Below are positions 13,021 to 24,712 of a DNA stretch of 64,000 bases, one piece after another. The notes beneath the pieces are model-generated. The model saw only the letters and a list, made by a program, of their open reading frames with translations. It ran no database searches and was not told the DNA's origin. A program made the position numbers and the translations under genes. The first letter of the stretch is position 1. Each line of letters begins with the position of its first letter. Source of the DNA: Octopus vulgaris (taxonomy: Eukaryota); NCBI GenBank assembly GCA_951406725.2, contig OX597838.1:4650001-4714000 (forward strand), written 5' to 3'.

Positions 13021-13810
13021 CGTGGTTCGGCTGACCACAGTCATGATTCGTTTCAATAAACCACTTTCTGGTTGGCTACAGTCCCGGTCCGTTTCGATAG
13101 CTCACTCTCTGTTTGGCTTCATTACAGCCCCTTTCAATTCACTCTCTCTCTCTCTCTTTGTTTACAGTCACAGCTCGTTTAAATAAACCTATCTCTATGT
13201 GGCAAAATCGCAGCTTTTTCTACTGTCTCACGCACTGGCTATAGTCACAATCCATTTCAATAACACGGTCTCTGTTTGGTTGCAAGTCGCTGTCCGTTTC
13301 AATAGCTCAACCTAGGCGCAGGAGTGGCTGTGTGGTAAGTAGCTCGTTTACCAACCACATGGATCCGGGTTCAGTCCCACTGCGTGGCACCTTGGGCAAG
13401 TTTCTTCTACTATAGCCTCGGGCCGACCAAAGCCTTGCGAGTGGATTTGGTAGACGGAAACTGAAAGAAGCCCGTCGTATATATGTATATATATGTGTGT
13501 GTGTGTGTGTGTTTGTGTGTCTGTGTTTGTCCCCCTAGCATTGCTTGACAACCGATGCTGGTGTGTTTATGTCCCCGTAACTTAGCGGTTCTGCAAAAGA
13601 CACCGACAGTATAAGTACTGGGCTTACAAAAGAATAAGTCGCGGGGTCGAGTTGCTCGATTAAAGGCGGTGCTCCAGTATGGCCGCAGTCAAATGACTGA
13701 AACAAGTAAAAGAGTAAAAGAGTAACCTCCGTTTGGTTCCAATCACAGCCCGTTTCAATAATTTCACTCTCTGTTTGGCTACAGCCACACACCGTTCCGA
13801 AAAACTCTCC
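13021..13810 (+). repeat. Degenerate ~41-bp minisatellite interrupted by a SINE
   Basis: Consensus ~CTCTGTTTGGCTACAGTCACAGTCCGTTTCAATAGCTCACT, about 7 units before and 2 after the SINE at 13314. Confidence 0.75.
13314..13723 (+). mobile_element. SINE family B, full-length young copy
   Basis: GGCGCAGGAGTGGCTGTGTGGTAAG head, GGTTCAGTCCC B-box-like, CORE-like CACCTTGGGCAAG, internal (TA)/(TG) tract, tail GGCGGTGCTCCAGTATGGCCGCAGTCAAATGACTGAAAC(AAGAGTAA)n; AACCT on both sides (13309-13313, 13724-13728). Confidence 0.92.
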
Positions 13811-14244
13811 CAATCTATTCAGTTATAGTGAAAGAGGCAGCCTCTGACTTGAAATACGATCCATTGTAGCATCCGACTTTAAATGGCTGTTTCCGCTGCT
13901 AAAACGTTTGCCAGGAATACTGGTAACGCTGTTTCTTTTTCTAATAGACCAACAACAACCCATCGATAGAAAAACAATATAAAGCAGCGAAAACAAGAAT
14001 ACCAGGCGAGCACAGACAAGCATCGGATGAATAGCTGAAGAGAATATATTCTGTGTTCGTTATAATTAACGTTAATTGATTGCTAATGAAGACACATCAA
14101 ACGAATTGTGCCGCCAACTACGAAGAATATTTACTCTACATTTAAAGTTAATTTAATCATATTTATATACCCCTCTACCGCCCCACCTCTCACCCTTCCC
14201 TTCTCTCCCTTTCACTTACTCACTCGCTCACTCTTTCTACCTTA

Positions 14245-14289
<45 letters not shown>

Positions 14290-14443
14290 GATATAGATAT
14301 ATGTATACATATATATATGCATACGTACATGTGCATATATATGTATATATGTATATATGTATAAACACACAAACACGCACATACACATATATATATATAC
14401 ATATATATACATATATGCATACATACGCACACGCACACACACT

Positions 14444-14476
<33 letters not shown>

Positions 14477-15175
14477 CTATCTACACACACATATATATAT
14501 ATACGTATTTGTTTCTTGTACTGCCTCAGTATGACACTCTTTCTCTATCTCCTGATCTTTCTCATTCCCTTTCTCCCTCTCTTTATCTGTATCTATCTAT
14601 ATCTCTTCCTTCCTTTCTAATTATCCTCTCTCTCTCTCTCCATACACCTCCCTTCCTCTTCCTGCCTTTCTCTTTCTCTCTCTCTTTCTCTCTTGCGCTC
14701 ACTCTTAATTCCTATTTCAATTTCGCTCTTGAAACACAGCTAATATTCAGTTCTCTAACTGTACAGACAGGTCACTCGGAGGAAGGTCACATCTCCACTA
14801 GTTAATCGTATTAGCATTTTAGAAATTTCATTAAAACTTCCCGAGAAATGTGTATTCAGCTCTGTTGAATTAAAACAAATAGGGTCAAGGGACAAAGTTG
14901 AAGGGTCAAAGATGAAAAGTTGATTAACTAATATCCCGAATTTCACAACTTTCATAATAGATACATCCCCTACACCCAAGTGGTTTTGTGTCGACTGTTA
15001 ACATCTTCAGCTCTCAACTTCTGCACATTCCTGCACATTCCTGCACAAAATTAAAATAACTGGAGATTAAGTTTCATTTCGACGAAGTTTAATTGACATT
15101 TAAGGGATCTGATGGAAGGAATTAAGGTATATTGTTGCCAAGAACAGAGTACAAGGAAAAAACAGAAATCTCAAA

Positions 15176-15299
15176 ATCACATAGTCCCGGGTTCGGTCCC
15201 ACTGCGTAGCACCCTGGGGTAAGTGTCTTCCACTAAAGCAATTAACCGCCCAAAGCCTTGTGAGTAAATTTGGTAGACGGAAATTAAAAAAAAAGTCCG

Positions 15300-15302
<3 letters not shown>
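15176..15302 (+). mobile_element. SINE family B, 5' half
   Basis: GGGTTCGGTCCCACTGCG...AAAGCCTTGTGAGTAAATTTGGTAGACGGAAA then (TA)n. Confidence 0.8.
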
Positions 15303-15332
<30 letters not shown>

Positions 15333-15443
15333 TATAATTTAGGGTATCTAAGAGATACCCCCACGCAATAATTATTACCTTTGAAGGTTTTTATTCCCAT
15401 GCTGGCCCATTGATAAGATCGATAATTAAACTAACGATCTTAT

Positions 15444-15484
<41 letters not shown>

Positions 15485-15629
15485 TGTATGTATGTATGTA
15501 TGTATGTATGTATGTATGTATGTATGTATGTATGTATACACATGCATATATACATATATACATGCACACTAATCTGTCTGAGGAATATGTCGTTCTCGAC
15601 GTTAATGAGATTAATTTGGATTATCTTTT

Positions 15630-15980
15630 ATCTGCTATCTTTCGTTTGATTTAGTAATTGACCTGCCGCCACGCTGGAGCGTTGTTTCGACGGCTTAATC
15701 GAACAAATGGACCTTCGTACTATTTTTCAAAGCCAGGTATTTATTAAATCGCTTTTTTTTTTGCGGACGGTGGAGGGGACAAACACAAACGCAAAGACAC
15801 AAACACGTAAACACACACACACGTAAGCATACACATACGTACACACAACGCACTCAGGCGTACATATATATACCCACACACACGCACATATATATACCTG
15901 ACAAATTTATTTCATCTTCTGTCTACCAAATACACTCCGAAGATTTTGAATTGCCCGGGGCCATGGTAGAAGACACTTGC
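15630..15980 (-). mobile_element. SINE family B, degenerate (inside a local duplication)
   Basis: GTCTACCAAATACACTC, GTAGAAGACACTTGC; paralogous to 18950-19400. Confidence 0.7.
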
Positions 15981-16205
15981 GGTTAAAGCTGTGAACTGGT
16001 AGAATCGTTACTGCGCCGGACAAAATGCTTGGCGGTATTTCATCCGGTCCTTTACATTATGTGTAATTTCGTGCGGTCGACGTTGCGTTTCATCTCTTCT
16101 CATCGATAAAATACGTACCTGTCATGCACTGGGGTCGATGTATTCGACTTGTCCCTGCAACCCCAACTTTGCTGACCTTGTACTTACAGTAGATAGGATT
16201 AGTAT
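15980..16205 (+). mobile_element. SINE family C (tail b)
   Basis: GTGAACTGGTAGAATCGTTA..GGTCGACGTTGCGTTTCATC..CACTGGGGTCGATGT..CCTTGTAC. Confidence 0.75.
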
Positions 16206-16487
16206 TCTTATGAATTTTATTTTTTTCTCGAATATTCTTTTAATAATGATTGTTATTACATTTAGAATCGAGTGAACACCCGAGACACCGTCTTATGTAC
16301 GATACTGAAACTCTAGGCCAGATCTTCTTTAACAATTTTCTTTAGTATACTAGTTACTCTTAATTGAGTCGTTTTTATTTTCGGTCCAAGAAGCGGCTTC
16401 ATTCTTTAAATTTCTAAGTCTTTTCGTTTACCGCAACTAAAAGAACCTCACCTGAAGACCCGATCACTCTTAGTTCGAATTTATATC

Positions 16488-16715
16488 TGTTTCTTTATTA
16501 CCCACAAGGGGCTAAACATAGAGAGGACAAACAAACGGATTGAGTCGATTACATCGACCCCAGTGCGTAACTGGTACTTAATTTATCGACCCCGAAAGGA
16601 TGAAGGGCAAAGTCGACCTCGGCGGAATTTGAACTCAGAACGTAACGACAGACGAAATACGGCTACGCATTTCGCCCGGCGTGCTAACGGTTCTGCCAGC
16701 CCCTCGCCGCCTTAC
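16488..16715 (-). mobile_element. SINE family C (tail a), full-length
   Basis: Reverse complement of 40296-40524; 13-bp TSD TCGAATTTATATC (16475-16487, 16716-16728). Confidence 0.92.
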
Positions 16716-17229
16716 TCGAATTTATATCGACAAGATAACATGTACACCTATGTAAGAACGTGTGTGTAAGTCTCTGTCTATGCGTGTATGCGCACACGCA
16801 TGTGTGTGCGTATGTGCACGTATGTATGTGTACGTGTGTGTGCGTAGAAACGAAATGACGAAGGAGTATTTGACATTTCTTCATTTTCCTATTATTCCCA
16901 TTTGATCCCATTCCTAGTTCACCTTTATTATTCCAATATCGATTATTTCCCATTTTCTTGATTTACTTTACCTTTTTTTCCTTTCACTTTAACAATATGC
17001 AAACTCTCTCTATCCCTTCTACAGTCATATCGGAAGGTGAATTCCGAAAGGACGTTCATATTATATTCGATTACACTTGGCAATTGTTGTTCATACCATT
17101 TCTATGCTATTTATATTTTATACATTTCTTTTTACTCAGTTCCCAATCGAGGATGACACTGGATATTAACTTAACGTGTCTTCCAAGATATTCCTTCAGC
17201 ACAAGTTTTCTACACATACTTTGTTTTTG

Positions 17230-17342
17230 TTTTTCCAGTTTCAGCTCTTGAGCTGTGGCCATGCTAACGCCCGGTCTGAGAATCGAAACCGCGATCCTGC
17301 GACCGCGAGTCCGCTGCCCTAACCACTAGGCCATTGCGCCTC
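17230..17342 (-). mobile_element. Family A tRNA head abutting a CR1-type LINE 3' stem-loop
   Basis: Minus strand: family A head ...GACCGGGCGTT then AGCATGGCCACAGCTCAAGAGCTGAAACTGG, matching the LINE 3' end at ~35357-35388. Confidence 0.75.
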
Positions 17343-17564
17343 TACTTATCAAAAAAATATTTTAAAAATTCCAGCAGTGAAACCGCAGGTATACATTTCT
17401 AATTTTTTCTAATCAAAATCTACAGCTATAAAAACAGGTAGTTCGACCCATACATAAAGACGATACGGAAGACCAAAAATTCTACGTGAAATGCAGCAAG
17501 ATTTAGAAAGATAATGGTGATGTTTGAACGCTTACCCTACATACTTACACTATATACTATGCTG

Positions 17565-17948
17565 GTGGAGGCGCAATGGCCCAGTGGTTAGGGCAGCGGA
17601 CTCGCGGTCAGAGGATCGCGGTTTCGATTCCCAGACTGGGCATTGTGAGTGTTTATTGAGCGAAAACACCTAAAAGCTCCACGAGGCTCCGGCAGGGGAT
17701 GGTGGTGAACCCTGCTGTACTCTTTCACCACAACTTTCTCTCGCTCTTACTTCCTGTTTCTGTTGTACCTGTATTTCAAAGGGCCAGCCTTGTCACGATC
17801 TGTTTCACGCTGAATCTCTTCAAGAACTACGTTAAGGGTACACGTGTCAGTGGAGTGCTCAGCCACTTGCACGTTAATATCACGAGCAGGCTGTTCCGTT
17901 GATCGTATCAGCTGGGACCCTCATCGTCGCAACCGACGGAGTGCTCCT
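17565..17948 (+). mobile_element. SINE family A (tail type 1), full-length
   Basis: Complete tRNA-like head, body and tail; 16-bp TSD ACTATATACTATGCTG (17549-17564, 17949-17964). Confidence 0.93.
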
Positions 17949-18223
17949 ACTATATACTATGCTGAATTGTATTTCAGAAAATACGGTAAAATAAGTTTTC
18001 AGTGTCTCGAATTCTTGTGTGCTTGTCTGAATTAACAGAGCATGATTTGATGGAAATATTTTGAAAGTTTTCTACACTCTTATCAAAGTATTTTGGGCTG
18101 CAACGTTTTTGCGAAACAACCTTCTTTAACTAAGAAAAAGAGAACGAACTTTTCTTGAATAGGTCTATGGCCAAGTTATTCCAACCACGTTCGAATATAT
18201 TTCGGGATATGTATGTACTTCAC

Positions 18224-18522
18224 GTTGAGGCACATGGCCTAGTGGTTAGAGCAGCGGACGCGCGGTCGAGGGATCGTGGGTTCGAATCTCAGACCGGGCG
18301 ATGTGTGTGTTTATGAGCGAAACACCTAAAGCTCAACGCGGCTCCGGCAGAAGGTAATGGCGAACTCCTGCTGACTCTTTTGCCACAACTTTCACTCTTT
18401 CCTCCTGCATGTAGCAGCTCACCTGCGACGGACCGACGTCCCGTCCAGGTGGGGAATCTATACGCCAAGGAAACCGGGAAACCAGCAATATGAGCCAGGC
18501 GTGGCTCGAGAAGGAACAAATA
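18224..18522 (+). mobile_element. SINE family A variant (tail type 2), full-length
   Basis: GAGGCACATGGCCTAGTGGTTAGAGC..GGTTCGAATC head; tail CTGCGACGGACCGACGTCCCGTCCAGG..GAAACCGGGAAACC; 11-bp TSD ATGTACTTCAC (18213-18223, 18523-18533). Confidence 0.9.
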
Positions 18523-18949
18523 ATGTACTTCACATATCTAAGATTTGAGGAGTATTTAGCTTTTAAATTCTACACAGACATATCAAATATCTTTTGTGAG
18601 ATGGAATCATATAACGTGATTTTTCCTTATTCAATGGGTATGATTTGACGAAGATTTGATGCAATATTTTGCAAGCTAAACAACTATCAAGGGGCACATC
18701 TGTTTACTCATGCTACACGTTATCCAATAATGGAAGTGGACTGACTCCTCTCATATATAACACATATTCCTTTAATACTTGAATATCTTATAGCTTTCTA
18801 CTTTTATACATCTTGTAGGCAGGAGCGCAACCTTCAATAAACCTTTGACGGTTTTATCAACCACAGCACTTAGTCTGATAGATCTTCTTCGAGAAGCCTG
18901 TCTGAGGAATAAGTCGTTCTTGACGTGAATTAGATTAATTTGGATTATC

Positions 18950-19400
18950 TTTTATCTGCTATCCTTCGTTTGATTTCGTAATTGACCTACCGCTACACTG
19001 GAGAGTTCTTTGGACGGCTTAATCGAACAAATGGACCTTCGTACTATTTTTCAAAGCCAGGTATTTATTATATCGTTTTTTTTTTTGCTGAGCCGCTAAT
19101 TTACGGACGGGTGAGGGGATAAACACAAATGCAAAGACACAAACACGCAAACACACACACACACACACACGTACGTACACACAACGCACTCAGGCGCGCA
19201 TACATACACACACACTCGCGCACACATATTCATGACAGACTTTTTTTATCTTCCGTCTACCAAATACACTCCGAAAATTTTGAATTGCCCGAGGCTATGG
19301 TAGAAGACACTTGCCGGAGGTGCAGTGCTGTGGGATTGAAACTGAAATAACCTGGATTCAAAACAAGCTTCAAAAAGAACCAGTCACATCTGCGCCTACA
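18950..19400 (-). mobile_element. SINE family B, degenerate
   Basis: CCGTCTACCAAATACACTC, GAGGCTATGGTAGAAGACACTTGCC; its 5' end runs into the tandem array at 19381. Confidence 0.75.
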
Positions 19401-19573
19401 CAGCCACGCCTGCGCCTTCACAGCAACGTTTGCACCGACAAAGCCACGCCTGCGCCTACACAGCCACGCCAGCGCCTTCACAGCAACGTCTACACCGACA
19501 AAGCCACGCCTGCGCCTACACAGCCACGCTTGCGCTTCATAGTCGCATATACTCTTACACAGCTACACCTGTG
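19381..19573. repeat. 20-bp tandem array with a 60-bp higher-order unit
   Basis: Monomer ~CAGCCACGCCTGCGCCTACA; variants cycle every three units. Confidence 0.9.
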
Positions 19574-19642
19574 AAAATAAATAAAAAGGAAGCTTTAATT
19601 GACAGCTGAATTTTTTTGAAAACTCCGAAGATGTATCTGGAC

Positions 19643-19875
19643 ACTGGTTTATCAATATATTTATGGTTTTCGAAAAATATTAATGTTTAGAAGAATAAAA
19701 TTGTCTGGAATATATTACAACGTGTCAAAATACGCAAAGAAAGTAAGGATAGGTGCGACCTTTGCCTCTTAGAGAAAATCTATATACTGCTTTATAAAAG
19801 TACCATCTTGAATAAATGTTCAAAATTGATGTCTTTTTCTTGTCATAAAGCAAGCTATTTGTTGAAATATTTTCA
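19643..19875 (+). mobile_element. Penelope-like element endonuclease (GIY-YIG) C-terminal fragment, pseudogenised
   Basis: TGLSIYLW...*KNKIVWNILQR...RCDLCLLEKIYIL....LNKCSKLMSFSCHKASYLL matches the PLE C-terminal pattern T.LS.YIW...I.W.I...C.LCL.EK..I...LNKR.E..S.CRH...LL. Not in the ORF track. Confidence 0.7.
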
Positions 19876-20124
19876 ATTATCTAACAGCTGAAAGCCGCAC
19901 ACTCGTGTAATATATTATGCCACTTTCTATAAATAAATCAGATGATTTCTTTAGAGAATATGAATAAAAAATCGTTCCTTTTTGTCAACATGTGTCAAAG
20001 TATAAGTGGGGAAACGACAGCTCGACCGGGTTTGTATATACAATTACGTCTCGCTTACATCAAATAGTTTTAAGGTCTTTAGATGATTGTTCATTATTTT
20101 TTGTACTTTCGTTTAGGCGGTCTG

Positions 20125-20417
20125 GAGAAGAAATTCCCTTTATGATCATGTGTTTTGGGGTTCAGTCCCACGGCGTGCCACCTAGTGCAATTGCCTTCTG
20201 CAATTGCTCCGAGTCGACCGATGCGGTATGAGTAAATAAAGATGGACGGAAACTGCATGGAAACCCGTCGCATATGTGTGTATATGTGTTTGTATCTATC
20301 TTCTCTGTCTATCTGTCCGTCCATCCATCCCTCTATGTATGTATGTATGTATGTATGTATGTATGTATGTATGTATGTATGTATGTATGTATGTATGTAT
20401 GTATGTATGTATGTATG

Positions 20418-20449
<32 letters not shown>

Positions 20450-20785
20450 GATCGATACGTATGCATGCATGTAGGTAGGAATGTATGTAAGCGTGTGTAT
20501 GTCTGTATCTATGCGCTTCTCTCTCACCACCGCTCGACAGCCAGGGTTAGTTTGTATATGTCCCCGCAACTTAGTGGTTCCTGGCCTTTGTGCCTCTTTG
20601 TCCCTCTCACCGCTAGACAACCGGTGTTCGTGTGTTTATGTCCCCGTAAACTTCGCAGTTGGGCAAATACGCCAAGTTTAGATAAGAAAAAACGTAAGAA
20701 CTGGGATTGACTCCTGCAAGTAAAATGATTCTCCGAGGCATTTTGCCCCATCATGGCCGCAATCTTAAATGGTAAAAGCCAAGTT
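20125..20785 (+). mobile_element. SINE family B, degenerate, with expanded internal microsatellite and duplicated 3' segment
   Basis: GGGTTCAGTCCCAC, GACGGAAACTG, two copies of CACCGCT.GACA.CC.G.GTT.GT.TGT.TATGTCCCCG.AA, CCCCATCATGGCCGCA. Confidence 0.7.
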
Positions 20786-20875
20786 ATTTTTTTACTTGTA
20801 ACAAATTTCCTTTTTATGGTGAAGTCTATAATTTGATCAGAAGTCAAATCACTCTGGGCTGACCTCTAAAACACC

Positions 20876-20909
<34 letters not shown>

Positions 20910-21792
20910 GCAAAAACAACAGCAGCAGCAGCAGCGGCGACAACAACAGCAGCAACAGTAACCACTTAGTGGCTCCTTGATTTGTTCAATATATTTTCGA
21001 TTACTGAGCTGCTGGGCTTCCATATTTGTTTTTTGCGACGTTCTCTATATTCAGTGTTTCATTCGCTATTTTTTCTTCTCTTCTGCTCCTACGTTCTCCT
21101 TCCATGGCTGTTATTCAATTATCTTCCCTTATTACACGAAGTTGGTCAGCTATTTTATATTTCTGCGGCATTTGAAAATCCTTTCAAATGCCTTATTTTC
21201 TTTTCTACTTTTTATTTTGTTACCGTATTCTTTATCTGAAATGCCATTTTCATCCATAAGTTTAGCATTTCAGAAAATACCCTTTTCTATTGGGAAAACT
21301 TCGAACCTCTCTTTGTGTTTATTTTGTAAGAGTTTTCTAATTTTTTTTTTTGACTGAAATGCCATTTTCATTGTCCATAGGATTTCGCATTTCAAAAAAT
21401 ACCATCTCTTAGTGCACCAATGGCAGTTTTGTTCCCACGTTGTCGTGGTTTTTTGTTATTTTCTATTTTCAGACCTGGAACACGTCTTCTGCCAGCAGTC
21501 TCAGCACTGATCTTATCGATCTACGAGCTTATAGTTTGCTTTGTCCCAAAATAATTTTTCAATTTTGTCAGTAGCCACATGTGTACCTGTGTGTGCGTGT
21601 ATGTGTGTGTTTGTGTGTGTGCGCGCGCGAGTGTGTGTTTGAGCGTGTATTTTAGGCTGTATGGTTCCCTTAGGAGATCCTTTAAGAAAAAATAGCAATA
21701 TGAAACTCCATACCAAGGTCGCAGTAGGTTCCATGAAATTTTACATCAGGCTAATATGATATAAATAGCAACTGAAATAGTATGGTAATATC

Positions 21793-21877
<85 letters not shown>

Positions 21878-22077
21878 CAACTTATAAATAAGGGCAAACG
21901 AAAAAAATTTCTGAAGCCAAATATGCCGAAAATTTTCGGCATATTTGGCATTAGAAATTTTTCTCGTTTGCCCTTATTTATAAGTTGTTTTTAATTTAAC
22001 CTTTAAAGGTATTTTTTTAATATGCTGGCCATTGATAAAATTTCTTTTTCGAAAAAAATCCTACATTGTCCTACATT

Positions 22078-22080
<3 letters not shown>
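21878..22080. mobile_element. Element in (TA)n containing a 110-bp near-perfect palindrome (21878-21987)
   Basis: CAACTTATAAATAAGGGCAAACG...GCCGAAAATTTTCGGC...CGTTTGCCCTTATTTATAAGTTG; remainder homologous to 25979-26102. Confidence 0.75.
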
Positions 22081-22149
<69 letters not shown>

Positions 22150-22247
22150 TATATATATATACATATATACTATATATATATATATATTATAATATGTTAT
22201 ACATACATACACATGTAATATATACTATATTATATATTTATATACAT

Positions 22248-22281
<34 letters not shown>

Positions 22282-22399
22282 TACATACATACACATGTAT
22301 GTATATATATACATGCATGTATATATATATATATATATGTATACATATACATGCATGCGTGTATATGTATATATATATGCATGTATCTATCTATCTATC

Positions 22400-22430
<31 letters not shown>

Positions 22431-23749
22431 ATACATGCATGCATGTATATAGATAAATATATCCATGTATATACATATACACGCTTGTATGTGTGTGTAT
22501 ATATATACATACATACATCTATACATACATAAATGAGTGGGTCGAAAAATGAAAGGAAAAATCACCCAACCCATTTAATAGAAGTTATTATTTTTTTTTA
22601 AAACAGTTTGATTCGCTTCCATGCTACGTAAAGTTCCACGAGCTTCTAAGAGAAACCCGTTTCCTTCAGGCGTAAATTACCGAATGAAGATGAACCGGAA
22701 GTTCAAGATGGTCACTGGAAAATGGACTGTTGTTAGTCAAAGCGGGTCGTCGATCAATTACAGCATTTCCGTCAGAAAGAGTAATTTCTTGGATCCGTGG
22801 CTGGACAGGAAGTTGATGGTGTCCAACTATCTTGGAACCAGTAGAAGCAGAGGCAATTTTCATGTGTAAATTTGTGTATCAAATATATATGAATTCCTCG
22901 ATGTAGGGCATCCACGCATGTGCACAACTGGTATACACATATACAGACACAAACATTTCTTTGATTCTATGCTTGTGAATATGAGCGATGTACCCGAAAT
23001 ATAAAGGTTTTCGAAGACTTTCTGCATTGTAAGAAGCTTTCTTTATTTCTCGTTTCATAAAATAATTTAGTTGAAGTCATTTACCCCTGAATCACCTTGT
23101 TTGTCTTTTTAAATGTGCATAAGAGATATAGAAAGAAAGAAACGGTTTAAATAACATGGTAATATTTAACAAGGAGGATTAAAATGAATTAACAGAAAAA
23201 TAAGTTAAATAGAAATCTACTGGACTATAGAAAGGAAACAAAATCATTGAAATAAATTTTACACATTTATTAAAAATATCGATGTAAATAAATAGCAAAA
23301 TAGCTTTCTGAGAAAGCATGGAAAACAGAAAAAAAAAGAAAGAGATGAAATAAATTTTAAAACATCGAATGTTATAAAATAATGACATGTGAGGATAATT
23401 AAATTTGTTCTGTAAAAATTATGATTGCTGTAATACAAAGATAAAATTATAATTGCAATAAAATCGAAATATAAGGTAAGATAGCGTGAGTCGTAAGCGG
23501 AAGTGATAAAAATGTGATTTGAGGTTTGAAGATAGAAACATAAAAAAATAAGGGGGAAGTAGAAGAGATGATGAGGTCAGTAAATGAGTTTTGTGAAAGC
23601 GACGTTGAGTGTTTTAGGCGTTAAAGAAGGAGTCGAAACTGAACAGGAAAAGTAACATTTTACATTGAAATATATTCTTAATGTTCTTAATAGTGGTTTT
23701 TAGTCTGACCGAAAGAGTTCTGTAAAATTGAGTTTATACTCATACGGAC

Positions 23750-23843
<94 letters not shown>

Positions 23844-23847
23844 TATA

Positions 23848-23895
<48 letters not shown>

Positions 23896-24289
23896 GAAAT
23901 ATATATATATATATATATTATAGATATACACTTATATACATGCATATATATATATTTGTGTATATATATGTATATATAGATATGTATTTATATATATTGT
24001 TATATTTCGGAATGGTCATATTGCCAGTTTAGCCAATAAAAACACACGCACTATATATTTGGTGTTATTTTGCTTCAGTGATATTTATTTTTTACATTAA
24101 TCTTAATCTTATTTCGGCCATGTGTATATATATATGTGTGTGTGTGTTTATATATATACATCCATATATATATATGAATATATATTTATATATATATATG
24201 AATATATATGTATGTGTTTATATAATACATATATATACATACACACATGCACACATATGTATATACACATACATGTATATATATATATA

Positions 24290-24712
24290 GCCAGAAGATA
24301 TAGTAAAAGAAACTTGCCCAAGATACCACGCAGTGGCATTGAACACGGTACCATGTGCTTGGTAAGCAAGCTACTTACCACACAGCCACTGCTGCGACTA
24401 TTTGTTGAACCTTGTTTAATAATTTGTCATATATGTATGTATATATATATATATGTGCGTGTGTATGTGTATGTGTGGGTGTGTGTGTATGTGTGTGAGT
24501 GTGTGTGTGTGTGTGTGCTCCCCACAACTGCTCGACAACCGGTGTTGATGTGTCTGCGTCTCCGTACCTTAGCTTTTTGGTTTAAAGGGACCGATAGAAT
24601 AAATATCAGGCTTTGAAAATCATTACTGGGGTCGATTCTGTTGACTAAAAATTCTTCAAGGCGGGCCCCAGCATGGCCGTAGCGTAATGACCGAAACAAG
24701 TAAAAGACAAGG
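24290..24712. mobile_element. SINE family B fragments: minus-strand head (24290-24398) and plus-strand 3' half (24515-24712)
   Basis: ACTTGCCCAAGATACCACGCAGTGG..CACAGCCACT; GACAACCGGTGTTG..CCCCAGCATGGCCGTAG..GAAACAAGTAAAAGA. Confidence 0.8.

Noticed and set aside
13021-13810. CRISPR-like periodic repeat (GTTTCAAT motif)
   Set aside because: Units are contiguous and degenerate with no unique spacers or cas genes, in a eukaryotic context.
14960-15060. Possible minus-strand splice acceptor (TTTTGTGCAG) and short exon
   Set aside because: All frames close quickly, no homology recognised, and the CCTGCACATT duplication explains the pattern.
17567-17640. Functional tRNA genes at SINE heads
   Set aside because: They continue into SINE bodies, have TSDs and lack a complete cloverleaf.
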